From Eukaryota sp. TZLM1-RC (lineage: Eukaryota > Protista > Metamonada: BaSk clade), in assembly GCA_040285825.1 (NCBI GenBank), contig JAUPSS010000003.1, forward strand, positions 1,178,001-1,242,000: a stretch of 64,000 bases of DNA. The letters are read 5' to 3'. Made by a program: the position numbers and the translations under genes. Position 1 is the stretch's first letter, and every line of letters starts with the position of its first letter. Below the pieces are notes generated by a model. That model was not told the origin of the DNA. It did no database searches and saw nothing but the letters and a program-made list of their open reading frames with translations. Positions 12,125-22,684 of this stretch are shown piece by piece.

Positions 12125-12490
12125 ATGGTGTCTATCAGCTCCTCCAGCTCCAACGTCGCTCCTTCCAGCAAACCAGTGAATGGAAAGATATGGACAAGAG
12201 ATCGTGTCGACAAACCCAACAGAGTCAAATTTCGTGCCAAGCCCCTCAAAACTACATGGGAACAGAAGCAGCAGCTCAAACAGCAACGAGCGGAGATGTT
12301 AGCAAAAGCTCGTGCAATTAAAGAGGAAAAAGAGGCCGCTAAACAATTAGCCCGTGAACAACGCAAGGAAAAAGAACGCCGTAAACAGGAACAAGACGCA
12401 AAGCCTCAGTCTTATCAAGTTATCACGAACACACAAAAGCTCAAGAAAATAAAGAAGAAGCATCTTCGTCAGTTTACTACAGGTCTTTGA
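12125..12490 (+). CDS. CCDC86/CGR1-like nucleolar coiled-coil protein
   Basis: KPVNGKIW, TTWEQK, charged coiled coil and YQVITNTQKLKKIKKKHLRQ tail typical of the family. Confidence 0.75.
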   Translation: MVSISSSSSNVAPSSKPVNGKIWTRDRVDKPNRVKFRAKPLKTTWEQKQQLKQQRAEMLAKARAIKEEKEAAKQLAREQRKEKERRKQEQDAKPQSYQVITNTQKLKKIKKKHLRQFTTGL

Positions 12491-12507
12491 GTTGTTTGGC
12501 CCTTGTT

Positions 12508-12784
12508 CCTGATTTTATAGTGTTTTTAGTATATGTTGTTTTAGTATAGTATGTGTTGATTTAGTATATTGAATGCCAAGATTGGTAAACCTATTTTTGT
12601 CTGTTTTCGTAGATTTCTCCAGTCAAAATACTGTAGAATATATTTGAAATGTCTCCCTGATTTTATAGTGTTTTTAGTATATGTTGTTTTAGTATATTGA
12701 ATGCCAAGATTGTTAAACTTATTTTTGTCTGTGTTTCATAGATTTTTCCAATTAAAATACTGTAGAATATAACTGAAATGTCTT
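12508..12784 (+). repeat. Imperfect tandem duplication (~148 + ~129 bp) of the region upstream of and including the next start codon
   Basis: CCTGATTTTATAGTG...GAAATGTCT occurs at 12508-12654 and 12656-12783. Confidence 0.9.
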
Positions 12785-14406
12785 CCCCCACGCTACTGAC
12801 TCAAGAGTTAGCTGACCTTTTGATCAATAAAACAGAACGTATCAGAGCACGAAATGGATGTCCCTGGCTCTCTCAATACATTCATCACCCTCAAAGCAAG
12901 TTAACACATCAGACCTCTTACAAGTACATTGAACCCTTTGAACTCAACTCACTTTCTGATACTATTGAGCAGTACAGAGAAGCTGCCCAACTAAAGGTAA
13001 CCTTTTTCAACTATCCAACTGCTCCGTTTTTCTTATCTCCACTACTGCCTGACTTTCTTAATCCAGTTTTCAACACATTTCTCCCAGAAATCTTTCCATA
13101 TTCTGAATCTTCAGTTACTGATCGAACATGCATCATAGATACACCGACCCCGATCCAAGCCCAGATATGGCCATATCTGCTGGCTGATCCCGCAACCTAT
13201 CCATTTGTTTATTTTTCCGCAGGTTACAGAGCAGGGAAGGTACTCGCCTACACTATTCCTGCCCTCTTGTTTGCTAAGCATTCCCCTCCTACTGACCACT
13301 GGCCAGTTCTTCTAATAGTTAGTCCTAGTAGGCCTTCGTGCCTCGGGGTCAAGGCTGCTATTGAAAAGTACGTTCATGCTGTTGGGCTTGGGATAGCTGT
13401 TGTCACTGGTACTGTTCACTTTGAAAATCAAATTGCCCCCATAACCAATAGATTGGAACATACCGAGGTAGTGATTGGTACCTATGATGCTTTACAGCGA
13501 CTTTTACAGATCAAAAATGATGTTTTTACCTTTGTTAGACATGTGGTGATTGACAAATTTGATTTATTCTGCCAGTTAGACTCCAGAGTTCCTCAAGATT
13601 TTGATTCTGTGGAGGCTATTGATAAAAACCAAATACCAATTACTTATTACCTTAATGTTTTCTTGCAGGAAATTAATTATAGAGAACAAGAGCACATTGA
13701 GGAACGACAGAAATGGGGTCACGTCAGCACGGGCTCTGGCTATCAACTAGTGCTTAGCTCAGCTGAGACTGAGTTTGCTGCCGTTCAAAATCATATGGAA
13801 AAGTTTTTGGATTTGAAGAATAGACCATTGGTCACAATTCATGTTGGACTTCAAGAACAAATCGTCAGTAGTAATTTTCAGATTAAAGCATGTCTACCTG
13901 AAGCTAATGAGTCAACTGAAGATTGCAAGTTGCGCCAGTTGAAAGAGGATCTGCAGAGAGACGATGTCAAGCAACTAGAATCAATTGTTGTGGTTTGCCC
14001 TAATAACAAAACCGTTGACAAGGTTTATTCGTTTATCAATAGGAATCTATATGGTGATTACGCACGGAGGTTTAGCAAAGTTAGTGGATCCTCATCAAAG
14101 AAACAAAAGCAGGCAAACCTAGCTTCTTTCAGGTCAAAGAAATTAAAGTTGTTAATCTGTACAGATCAGTTTCTGGTGAATAATCCTCTGGAATTTGAAT
14201 TAGGATTTATTTTTCAACTCCTTGCTAATCAGAAAAATTTAGAGCGTGTAGTTGATATGGGGGCTTGCTTCGTCACATTGTTTAATTCATCTCAGGATGG
14301 TGTTTTTAGAAATGCTTTCCTTCACTATTTGGCTGAGAAGGATATTCAAGTTCCTTCTTGGTTAAATGAAGAATCTGTTACTTTGAAGAAGCAAGAAGTT
14401 GTTTGA
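12778..14406 (+). CDS. Divergent DEAD-box helicase-like protein, probably catalytically inactive
   Basis: Q motif PTPIQAQIWP; motif I reads AGYRAGKV; motif II reads VIDKFD; LLICTD present; no HRIGR motif VI. Confidence 0.7.
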   Translation: MSSPTLLTQELADLLINKTERIRARNGCPWLSQYIHHPQSKLTHQTSYKYIEPFELNSLSDTIEQYREAAQLKVTFFNYPTAPFFLSPLLPDFLNPVFNTFLPEIFPYSESSVTDRTCIIDTPTPIQAQIWPYLLADPATYPFVYFSAGYRAGKVLAYTIPALLFAKHSPPTDHWPVLLIVSPSRPSCLGVKAAIEKYVHAVGLGIAVVTGTVHFENQIAPITNRLEHTEVVIGTYDALQRLLQIKNDVFTFVRHVVIDKFDLFCQLDSRVPQDFDSVEAIDKNQIPITYYLNVFLQEINYREQEHIEERQKWGHVSTGSGYQLVLSSAETEFAAVQNHMEKFLDLKNRPLVTIHVGLQEQIVSSNFQIKACLPEANESTEDCKLRQLKEDLQRDDVKQLESIVVVCPNNKTVDKVYSFINRNLYGDYARRFSKVSGSSSKKQKQANLASFRSKKLKLLICTDQFLVNNPLEFELGFIFQLLANQKNLERVVDMGACFVTLFNSSQDGVFRNAFLHYLAEKDIQVPSWLNEESVTLKKQEVV

Positions 14407-17400
14407 TTTTTCGACTTAAGTTTTGGACTACTAGGCAATTGGTCCAACACAGCTCTTTGTTTTTAAATTTTGATTTTATTTTTGATTTTTGATTTTTTAC
14501 TTTTGATTCTTTATTTATATGTCTTCAGGCCGGAAACTATGTTTTTGTCGAGCCGAAGGTAATGGTTTAGCCACGGTTTTCTCCTCTTCTTTTGTAATCA
14601 TGGAGACGTTTTGTCCTCTATTTTATTTCACATTGTTGTTAGGATTTCAATGACTCCCTTAACAAATCCGAAAGTTTTACTCAACATGAGATAACACTTG
14701 CATCAGCATTTCTTAGAACAAATATTCCCTTTGCAGATGACATTAAAATTTATTAAAAAAACGTTAATTTATTCGGTAGATCAGAATCATCTGTCTTCCA
14801 GCTCACCCATTATTATTTTCTGGTCTTGAATAGACGAATTTAGTTGCGACTGTAAACAATTGGTACTATTTGTTATTCATAAATTGACTAGAAATTTACA
14901 ACTCATCTGTTCTTAAAAATAAATGATTTTGAACTACCGTCTAAATCAACAAAGAGAAGCGTTTCAGTGTTTTAGGCGAACATTACCCAACAGATGCTCG
15001 TTATGCATTCACCATTTCCAATTATGTTTTGTCAATGATTGAAGTTATTATAAAACATCTCCTGAAAATCAAGCAATATTGCCCACTATAAAAACTTAGG
15101 TAATTGAATTATCCTTTTCCACTTTTCATGTTTGTAATTACAAGGAAATGAACTAACGATTATTTTTATTGAAATGGCTGTTACACCGCTATTGAGTAGA
15201 ACGTTGAAATCTTGGCTAGGGGGCACTAGAACTCCTTTTAAATAAATAATGTGGCTTATCCGTATTCGTTCAAATCTACACCAGGTCTTGGTTTTCCTGA
15301 TCTTGTCAAAATGTATAAACGATGTCAAATTCAGAAATACCTCATTTTGTAAAATTCTTTTGATCCTGATTTGAGTCGCTTCTTTAAAATAATTAAACAA
15401 TGAAGGTCTATTTTGAAACTTAAAGTTAGTCTAATTGAAAATCTGAAAAAATACTCTTTATCGGTTGTAGACGGGTATACTTTGACAAATACACAAATTC
15501 AATATATCATGTCCAAGCGAAAAAAAGTTGAAATTCAAAGGAGAAATGACACAATTATGTATTGTAATGTACAAACAATGAATAAGATCATATTAAACTC
15601 GTAAAATGTGAACAAAATGATGATCATTGGTTGTTCTTGTCTATTGATCTGTATCCAAGACTGATTAGGTTTGGAATTGATACTTCCTTGAATACATTAC
15701 CTACTGCTGATAACCTTATATGTTGTAACCTTATATGTTGTAACATATATGTTGTTGAAAAAAACCCAATGAATCTACACTTTTGTCTTTTAACGGATGT
15801 GTTCATTATCTTAGTCTGGGCCAGCAACATTATACCACATTTTATGTAGTTGTTCCAGTTATCAAATTCTTGAAAGCTACAATAGATTTAATGGAGATTT
15901 GGGTCAAATATTGAATATATTGTTGTTAACCTCCTTTTTTTAGCGAATCATTATGTCGTTGATTGTCGTTATCCTTTCACACAAATCATTATGTAAATTT
16001 TCCTTTGGTTGTGACTGAGTCAAGACCTGATCCAATTCTTGCCACAAAGAAGTCAGATGAAAAAAGAAGGAAAACAGTTCCAATTTGTGAGTTAACGTCT
16101 CCAATGGAACATTAATTAGATGGTAGACATGTATTCAATACAAAATTTCAGAGGCTTGAATTGTTATTGTCCAATTTAGATTTCTTGTTTGAATAATTTC
16201 TTTTGAAGTTTCAGCAAGAAGAATAGTTGCTAATAGCTGCATTTCATTGATGAAAAGATTACTCATTCATTCGTCTAAAATGAAAAACAGCTGTAAAGGA
16301 TTAGCATTTCAAGCTCTCAATTGCTACTACCGCATCTTTTCTGCTAGAGCATCTGGTATATGGATGTCTGAGGGAGTCGAATGATAGAAACACCATGGGT
16401 AATCACTTAACGGCGCTACAAGCCCGTAAATTTATTTGAATGTTTATAGGAAAACTGGTTTCTATTGATTTAATAAGTTTTTTATATAGTCAAAGATTAT
16501 TAAAGGAATTTAGTCACATTAGTTCTGATTTTATTTTATTAAGTGTTGTAGTTCAATAAAAAAACATATATGTTGTTATTGTATTAAATTATGATGGGTT
16601 GAATAGAAATTTTTTAAAAAAGGATACCAAACTTTATTTCAGTGAAACAATTTAATGTTATGAATGGAAGAAATCCATTTTACCAATAAATACAAACTTA
16701 GAATTTAAATTTTGATTTGATTAAAATAAACTAATAAGCCATTTGAGCTTTACAAAGTTGAACTCAATTCCTCAAACAAGAAGGACAAACAACTTACTAT
16801 TGAATGAATAATTTTTTGAAGTGAAGCAATTAAACACTGTCGCAAAAGAGAAAGATGTCGAGAAGAAGACATCAATGAAATTCTGGAAAGAAAAGTAAGA
16901 GTCTGAAATAACAAATTGTTAGAATTAATGTGGTAATGAAATTTGACCGAAACAATTGTCATCAAATAGCAACTGAGAAATCTCTGGTAATTTCAAATTT
17001 ATAGACAACTTAATCCAAGCTTTAAGTAATTGAGGCAATGTGATCAACTCTGATCAACCATTTCGACAGAGTCTACGAAAAGAGAAAAGTTGGATTGTGA
17101 AGGAGCTGACGATGGAGAGGAATGGGCATTTAGGAAGAGAGTGGTGAAGTCTAGGACGAGTCCAACAATTTGATTCAGGGAACCAATTGCAGGTACAACG
17201 TAAAAAAGAGTCATAAATGAGTAGAAAAACACGTAGAAAGAGTACATGGAAAAGTCCTAAGGCTCGCAAAAGAAAGTAAGTGAGGGAAATAAGAATGAAT
17301 GAGAAAAACAATCCATAAAAGCCACACAGGAGACTAAAACAAGAGAGCGTAGTGAGAAAAACACTTGTTGCACAAGGAGGTATATTCAAGGTTCCGTTGC

Positions 17401-18773
17401 GACATATCCAGAACCTAGTTTAGGCAGTGAGGGGAAAGTGAGGGAACCTGCCAAACCAAGGCGAGGGATGAAACCTCCCAGATCAGGCAACCAGAAATCG
17501 ATGGGGTCACAAGTGTAAAATTTGATAGATGGGCTGTTTATTCTACATGTAAGACAAAGCCCCCTATGTCACATGTATTCACTCGGTCATGTGCCCTCAA
17601 CTCGCTACTGACCCCTACTACGGTGCAACAAATTCGGGCTGACCTTCTTTTGGTCACCGACATTTGTCATGAAGCTTCTTTATTCCTTCAATCTTTTTTT
17701 GAATTTTCCGTTGGCATTTAGAGCTTTAGTAAAAAAAGTTCCATGGTATCTTTTTATAACCGTCATAACCACTGGTTCTTTTCCAAACCAATACACTCCA
17801 AAGAACAACCCAAATTACTACATATTTTTACAGTGGATTTCTTTCTGAATGCCCACAAGACAAGTCTCTTGTTTCTACAAAGAAAAATTCTCTTGTTTTC
17901 TATAAAAATTCATCAATATTTTCCTCAATGATTGGCTATAGGCATAGAGATGCAATTTTATTAATAGAAAAAGACTTTCTCCTGACCTTGCTTGTCGGGC
18001 TCGTCAATTGGTATCTGTTGTTAAGACGAGTTTACCTAAAGATTGTCAATTCTGGACAAAAAACTTCATTCGTGCTCATTGTAGAGCTGTGGATAAAACG
18101 AATGTCTTTGCCAATTATCTTCTCTCTCTATACCAGATGAACTTTTAGCACTTTTAGAAGCTAGTGAAATAACAGAAGGTAAGAAACCCGTCGAAGTAGT
18201 TATTCATTCTAATTTCGAACCCTAGATCAAATTCCATTTTAATAATTTAAGAAAAAGGTTCTTTTTATTGTATGCATGTAATTTTTTCTTGAATTTCTTT
18301 CACAAATTTCCTGCCACTGCTTTTTTATTATGTTCAAATGATAGAATCACCTTTTCATCAAAGGAAATTGGTAAGCTTTTTCTTTTTAAGCTGAAAATTT
18401 TACAATACTTACTCACTCTTTTTATCATTTCCATTACTGGAAGAAATTTGGAATAATAATGTCAGCTTTTCATAAAGTTTCTAAATTTCTTTAGGTACCT
18501 TCACATATTTTCCATTCTTTGGTAAAAAAATTCCACTAATTGAAGAATCATATTTATCAAACAAATACTATCAAAAATCAATGTTGAAAACGAGTACTCA
18601 AACGATGTCCTTACCACAAATTTTATATCAACCTAAAAGTTTGAAAAATAGATTAAAATTTTTTTATTGAAAACTAATGGTAATGGACTGCTTTTGACAT
18701 TTTAAGGAAAAACTGATGAATCAAAAAACACAAATGAGTTGCATGAACCACCGAAAAAGAAAAAAAGATCAAA

Positions 18774-18855
18774 TGTTGCCTAAAGTTGGGATGAAGGGTT
18801 AGATAAAGTTGATTTATTTTCATATTCATATTATAAAAGCCTAAGGGCGCCAACA
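18774..18855 (-). mobile_element. Solo LTR (82 bp) related to the LTRs at 56926 and 58330
   Basis: Reverse complement begins TGTTGGCGCCCTTAGGC and ends GGCAACA; flanked by CAAA on both sides (18770-18773 / 18856-18859). Confidence 0.85.
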
Positions 18856-18959
18856 CAAAACAAGAAATGAAAAGTGACCCTGATGCCAACAAGACCCGAA
18901 AAGTACAGTTAAAGGGTACTAAAAAAATACCGCATCGAAGACGCCAACATTCAGTCGAA

Positions 18960-19205
18960 GTAATACCTGAAAGGCCCCTTATCGGCATTGATCTGGCCTA
19001 ATCAAGATTATGTGGTTACTTCTTAAATGATAATCAATGTGGAGTTATCCCTTGTCCAACTGGTGGATGATACAAGACAAAACCTTCACCCAGTAAACAA
19101 ACCCCCAACCAATATTCCGTTCAAAATTTCGTCCACTATTTGAACCATTGGAATTTGGTCAGGAGGAAAGTGTCCTTGGAAAGTAGTCACCAAAAATGGA
19201 AAATA
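18960..19205 (+). pseudogene. Possible decayed Hsp70 N-terminal remnant
   Basis: Broken translation PLIGIDLA..GVIPCPTGG..KPS..PTNIPF..PWKVVTKNGK resembles GIDLG..IIxNxxGxRTTPS..NPxNTVF..WPFxVV; multiple stops. Confidence 0.3.
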
Positions 19206-19729
19206 ATAAATTTGATAAGCGCAGACGCAAAGAAAGACGGTTCCAAGAGAAGAGAGCCTCAACAAATTTCCAAGGCTGGCTGGACACCCTGAAAAACTCT
19301 GCCTTGCTGTGTGCTCTGCTAATTTCAATTCCCATTACCGATAAATCAATCGATATGGATCAGCAAGGGCTTTCAGATAATGGTTGTGTTACCAAAAGTA
19401 CGTGAAGCACTTGTCAACCAGTCATTTTAATACAAGCAAACTGTCAAGTTGTTGCATGGCGGAGAATATTCAAGCCAGGTCGTGGCAGATGCCTATTTGT
19501 ACTGAATCTCAAATAGTATACGACAGAAATATTTTCGTTGCAAAAGACATTCAATTTAAGAAGAAAGCGGAATTGTGATTTGGAAAGATAGATTTGCCCA
19601 GAAGCTTTGGTGAGAAGATGAATAAAAAACCCTAGCACAAAGAAACTAAAATTTTCGAAAAAATTATTTTATTTCGAATTTTTTTTTGATGTATTTATTT
19701 TTATTCAACAACAAATATGAAATACACAA

Positions 19730-20040
19730 TTAAAACTCCACATCCTCAAAACCTGCCTCCCCTACATCAAAACAATTAATCGCTAAAGATTCAGAAAATT
19801 TCCCAAAAGAAGATAGTGAATCAGAAATTAGTGTTACCATTCCCTTAAAAATAGAAAAGACAATCCTGTTTTGCCAGTAAACACGATTGAAAATTCTTCC
19901 AGTTCTTTCCTTTACAACTACAACAAAATCCTCAAGGAAAGCCATAGCAGCCTTACCTAGAGATCCAAGCAAAGAAAAAACAAATGGACATAAATTATAT
20001 TGGGCATGAGAATTTTCATTAACCGAGGAAATGGAATTTC
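19730..20040 (-). mobile_element. Non-LTR element 3'-end fragment (family ending FEDVEF*)
   Basis: Near-identical to 453-740: YNLCPF..WQNRIVFSIFK..AGFEDVEF. Confidence 0.8.
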
Positions 20041-20323
20041 GAATTTTTGTATTGTATTTTTAATTTTTTCAAAACTGTTGAGACCGATCTACAAACGCCT
20101 GAGTAGCTTTTGGTAAATCCACTTAGATACATCAAGTCGAGAGGCTTTGTTCTGTGAAAGTAGTAGGTGTATTTAAGTGTGGTAGCCCATTGATGAAGAT
20201 CATGATTGTCTTTGTCAAATGACGCTACATGTCTCTTACAGCCTGTGAGTCGACATTGAGAATGTTGAAAGCAGGAGTGAATTCCACAGGGGAATGGATG
20301 ATAAGTGAAATTAACAGTATAGA

Positions 20324-21250
20324 GAGGGATGACTTAGGTGATAAAGTACTTTAGTCACCTTTTTATCAAACATCCAGAACTGCACTAGTTTAATATCTCA
20401 GCAACCAAGGCCATTTGGTCTTCACTTAACAAATGAAGCATGGAAACAAAACATGCGGTTGAGATTGGGGCTGTATCCAAGTGGTCTTTTGGATAATTCT
20501 GTTTGTATTTGTAACGAAAAAACTACTGCCAATTTCCGTCATATTGTTAGTTGTAAGAAATTCCTTCAATATCGGTCAGTTCTTCATAATGCCGTTCGTG
20601 ATGTGACATATGAGATGTTCAAGTGGTACAATTTTAGTTGCAAATTAGAACCGTTGTTGAAGCATTATAGTGATAATAATCTGCTTAATTCACGTCGAGG
20701 TGATTTAATTGCTCCTTTTGTGGATTCCTCTCAAGTTGTTGTTGATTTTACTACAATTGATCCCTTTGCTTTTATTTATCGTGATGATGTTTTACCTAGT
20801 GCTAATGGTCATTTAAACAAGACTGAAGATCGTAAGAGAGATAAATATACTGAGTTATTAAATGATTTAAATAAGAATCTTTACTAGAAGTTTTCGTTTG
20901 TTCCATTTGCCTTTTCGATTTTTGGCAACATTGGACAGTCCGCCTTTAATTTTATCAATGATTTTGGTAATTTATGTCGTTCAAGTGTTAAGAATTTTGC
21001 AGGGAATTTATGGAAGAATCGTATCATTTTCGCCTTGTACAGAAGTGTTCCCAAGTACTTGAGTTTAATGATGTCCAAGCTGTATAAAGATTCATCAAGA
21101 GTTGGCGTAAAGAATTTTGTTTCTTATGTGTTTTGGTTTGTTTTGTTATTTCTTTAATAAATAAATAGATAAATAAATTAGTCACTTTACTTTACTCAAA
21201 GTAAATATAGTACTTTAATTCCATATTTTGGACCACTTTAGTCATTCCTG
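20324..21250. mobile_element. Second copy of the 100-bp hAT MITE (inverted), interrupted by a non-LTR fragment
   Basis: 20324-20358 plus 21178-21250 rebuild the reverse complement of 5249-5348; flanks GTATAGA(G) / GTATAGAC. Confidence 0.85.
20362..21177 (+). mobile_element. 5'-truncated RLE non-LTR element nested in the MITE
   Basis: MRLRLG..CICNEK..HIVSC..RRGDLI..VVVDFT..WKNRIIF; (ATAA)n-like tail; duplicated TTAGTCAC at 20351 and 21178. Confidence 0.85.
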
Positions 21251-21291
21251 GTATAGACATTCATTGTTCGTTATGGACAACATCCTCAAGA

Positions 21292-22323
21292 ATGACAAGT
21301 TCCATGCGTGCTGATCCAACTAGCAAGGCTAACAATCTTCTTGAACGTCTACTATCGTGCCAGGAACATCTTTCTCAATATAAGAGTTCTCATGCTAGTA
21401 TATTCTCTTCATGTTGTCCCACCTACAACACGCCTCTTAAACAGTCTCTTACAATCAAGTATGCATCTCATCAAATTCAACATCCATTCCCTATTACGTC
21501 CCGACGCGTATTACTTCTACAACAACGCTTATTCAAATGGACCAGATCACGCTTAGAGAGTCTTAAGCAATACGTTCGTTTGGAGCTTCTCAAAAACCAT
21601 CTCGCAGAATCTGGGGCTTCCACTTGTAAACACCTCATTACCCTTCCCCCCAAAGAACTTTTTGCCAAGCTGGCCCATCTTCTTCCCACCCTCTCCTGGG
21701 ATATGGTAGCTGCTTCCTTTTGCCCTTCATTCGTCAATGGAGACTCGGTTTACTCTGTTTTCCTTCGCAATTTTTCCCCAAATCACAACTTATCTCCAAT
21801 GGCTAAGGAAGAGCTCACTTTTCTACAAACTTTATGCTATGAAAGTAGAATTGATTGGGATGAAGCCACTGATAGGTTCAATACAGAGTTTAAGACTAAT
21901 CGGCCAAAGAGTTTTTTGTTCCAAAATTTTGTTATCAATTTTGGTGTTGAACGCTCCTCGAAACACTTTCAAAGAGCACTTTCTTTTCTCTCTTCGTTTC
22001 CCTACTCATTCAATGCTGCATTGGTAGTATCTGGTCTTGCTCTTGCTGATAAGAAAGCCCTCAAAGATAGAAGGCGTAGGGCTGAAAGAAGGAGGCATAG
22101 AGCCAAGGAAAGCCGTTGGACAGTTGTTGATGATGTTGTGTTGATGCTTTGCTTTGGGGTTTATAAGTCTTTTGACTTTGAAGATGTTAGATTTACAAGA
22201 CATCAATCACTTTCTCAACCTCTAGTTTCTTGTTTACCCTTATATTCTTTGGCCAGTCAACATTTGCCAGATAAGGATAAAGACCAAATTGTTGATAGGA
22301 TTTTTGTCTTGAATAAAGGATGA
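21292..22323 (+). CDS. Myb/SANT-repeat protein, SNAPC4 (SNAP190)-like
   Basis: LSWDMVA..FLRNFSPNHNLSPMAKEEL..DWDEA..KTNRPKSFLFQNF and RWTVVDDVVL..LPDKDKDQIVDR are degenerate Myb repeats. Confidence 0.5.
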   Translation: MTSSMRADPTSKANNLLERLLSCQEHLSQYKSSHASIFSSCCPTYNTPLKQSLTIKYASHQIQHPFPITSRRVLLLQQRLFKWTRSRLESLKQYVRLELLKNHLAESGASTCKHLITLPPKELFAKLAHLLPTLSWDMVAASFCPSFVNGDSVYSVFLRNFSPNHNLSPMAKEELTFLQTLCYESRIDWDEATDRFNTEFKTNRPKSFLFQNFVINFGVERSSKHFQRALSFLSSFPYSFNAALVVSGLALADKKALKDRRRRAERRRHRAKESRWTVVDDVVLMLCFGVYKSFDFEDVRFTRHQSLSQPLVSCLPLYSLASQHLPDKDKDQIVDRIFVLNKG

Positions 22324-22684
22324 ATTTGGTTTTCCATGGGATTTATTTTTTGGCTTTGTATATATAATTCTACTTTCTTGCATTACGATTGAGGTGTAGA
22401 ATTGTAAACTATAAATATTGTTTTACACGTCATTCTTCCAATTTCCGATCCTCCAAAACATACAGCGGGTTCAAATACTATTAGACTGTTGAGTGTTCAA
22501 GTTCAGCGATGTGAGGGTTTGTACATTCCAATCGTTACAACAAAGTTACGAAATACAGATTAGAGACCCGAGGAGATGATAACATCATGGTTTCCACCAC
22601 TAAGGAAACTAAAATGATAGCAATCCCCCACCTCAAGCAATTTTTTGAAATCGAAATTTGCCATGTTTCCCTGCATCTTCTCAT

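Noticed and set aside
12061-12366. N-terminal extension of the 335-aa ORF overlapping the opposite-strand gene
   Set aside because: Non-ATG start and antisense shadow of the CCDC86-like gene; enkurin homology begins at MESVF (12060)
14520-17670. GC-richer patches with small hairpins at ~14525-14580 and ~17630-17670, and short ORFs in 15000-18500
   Set aside because: No tRNA/snRNA hallmarks or recognisable protein motifs; probably decayed repeats, and no call can be supported
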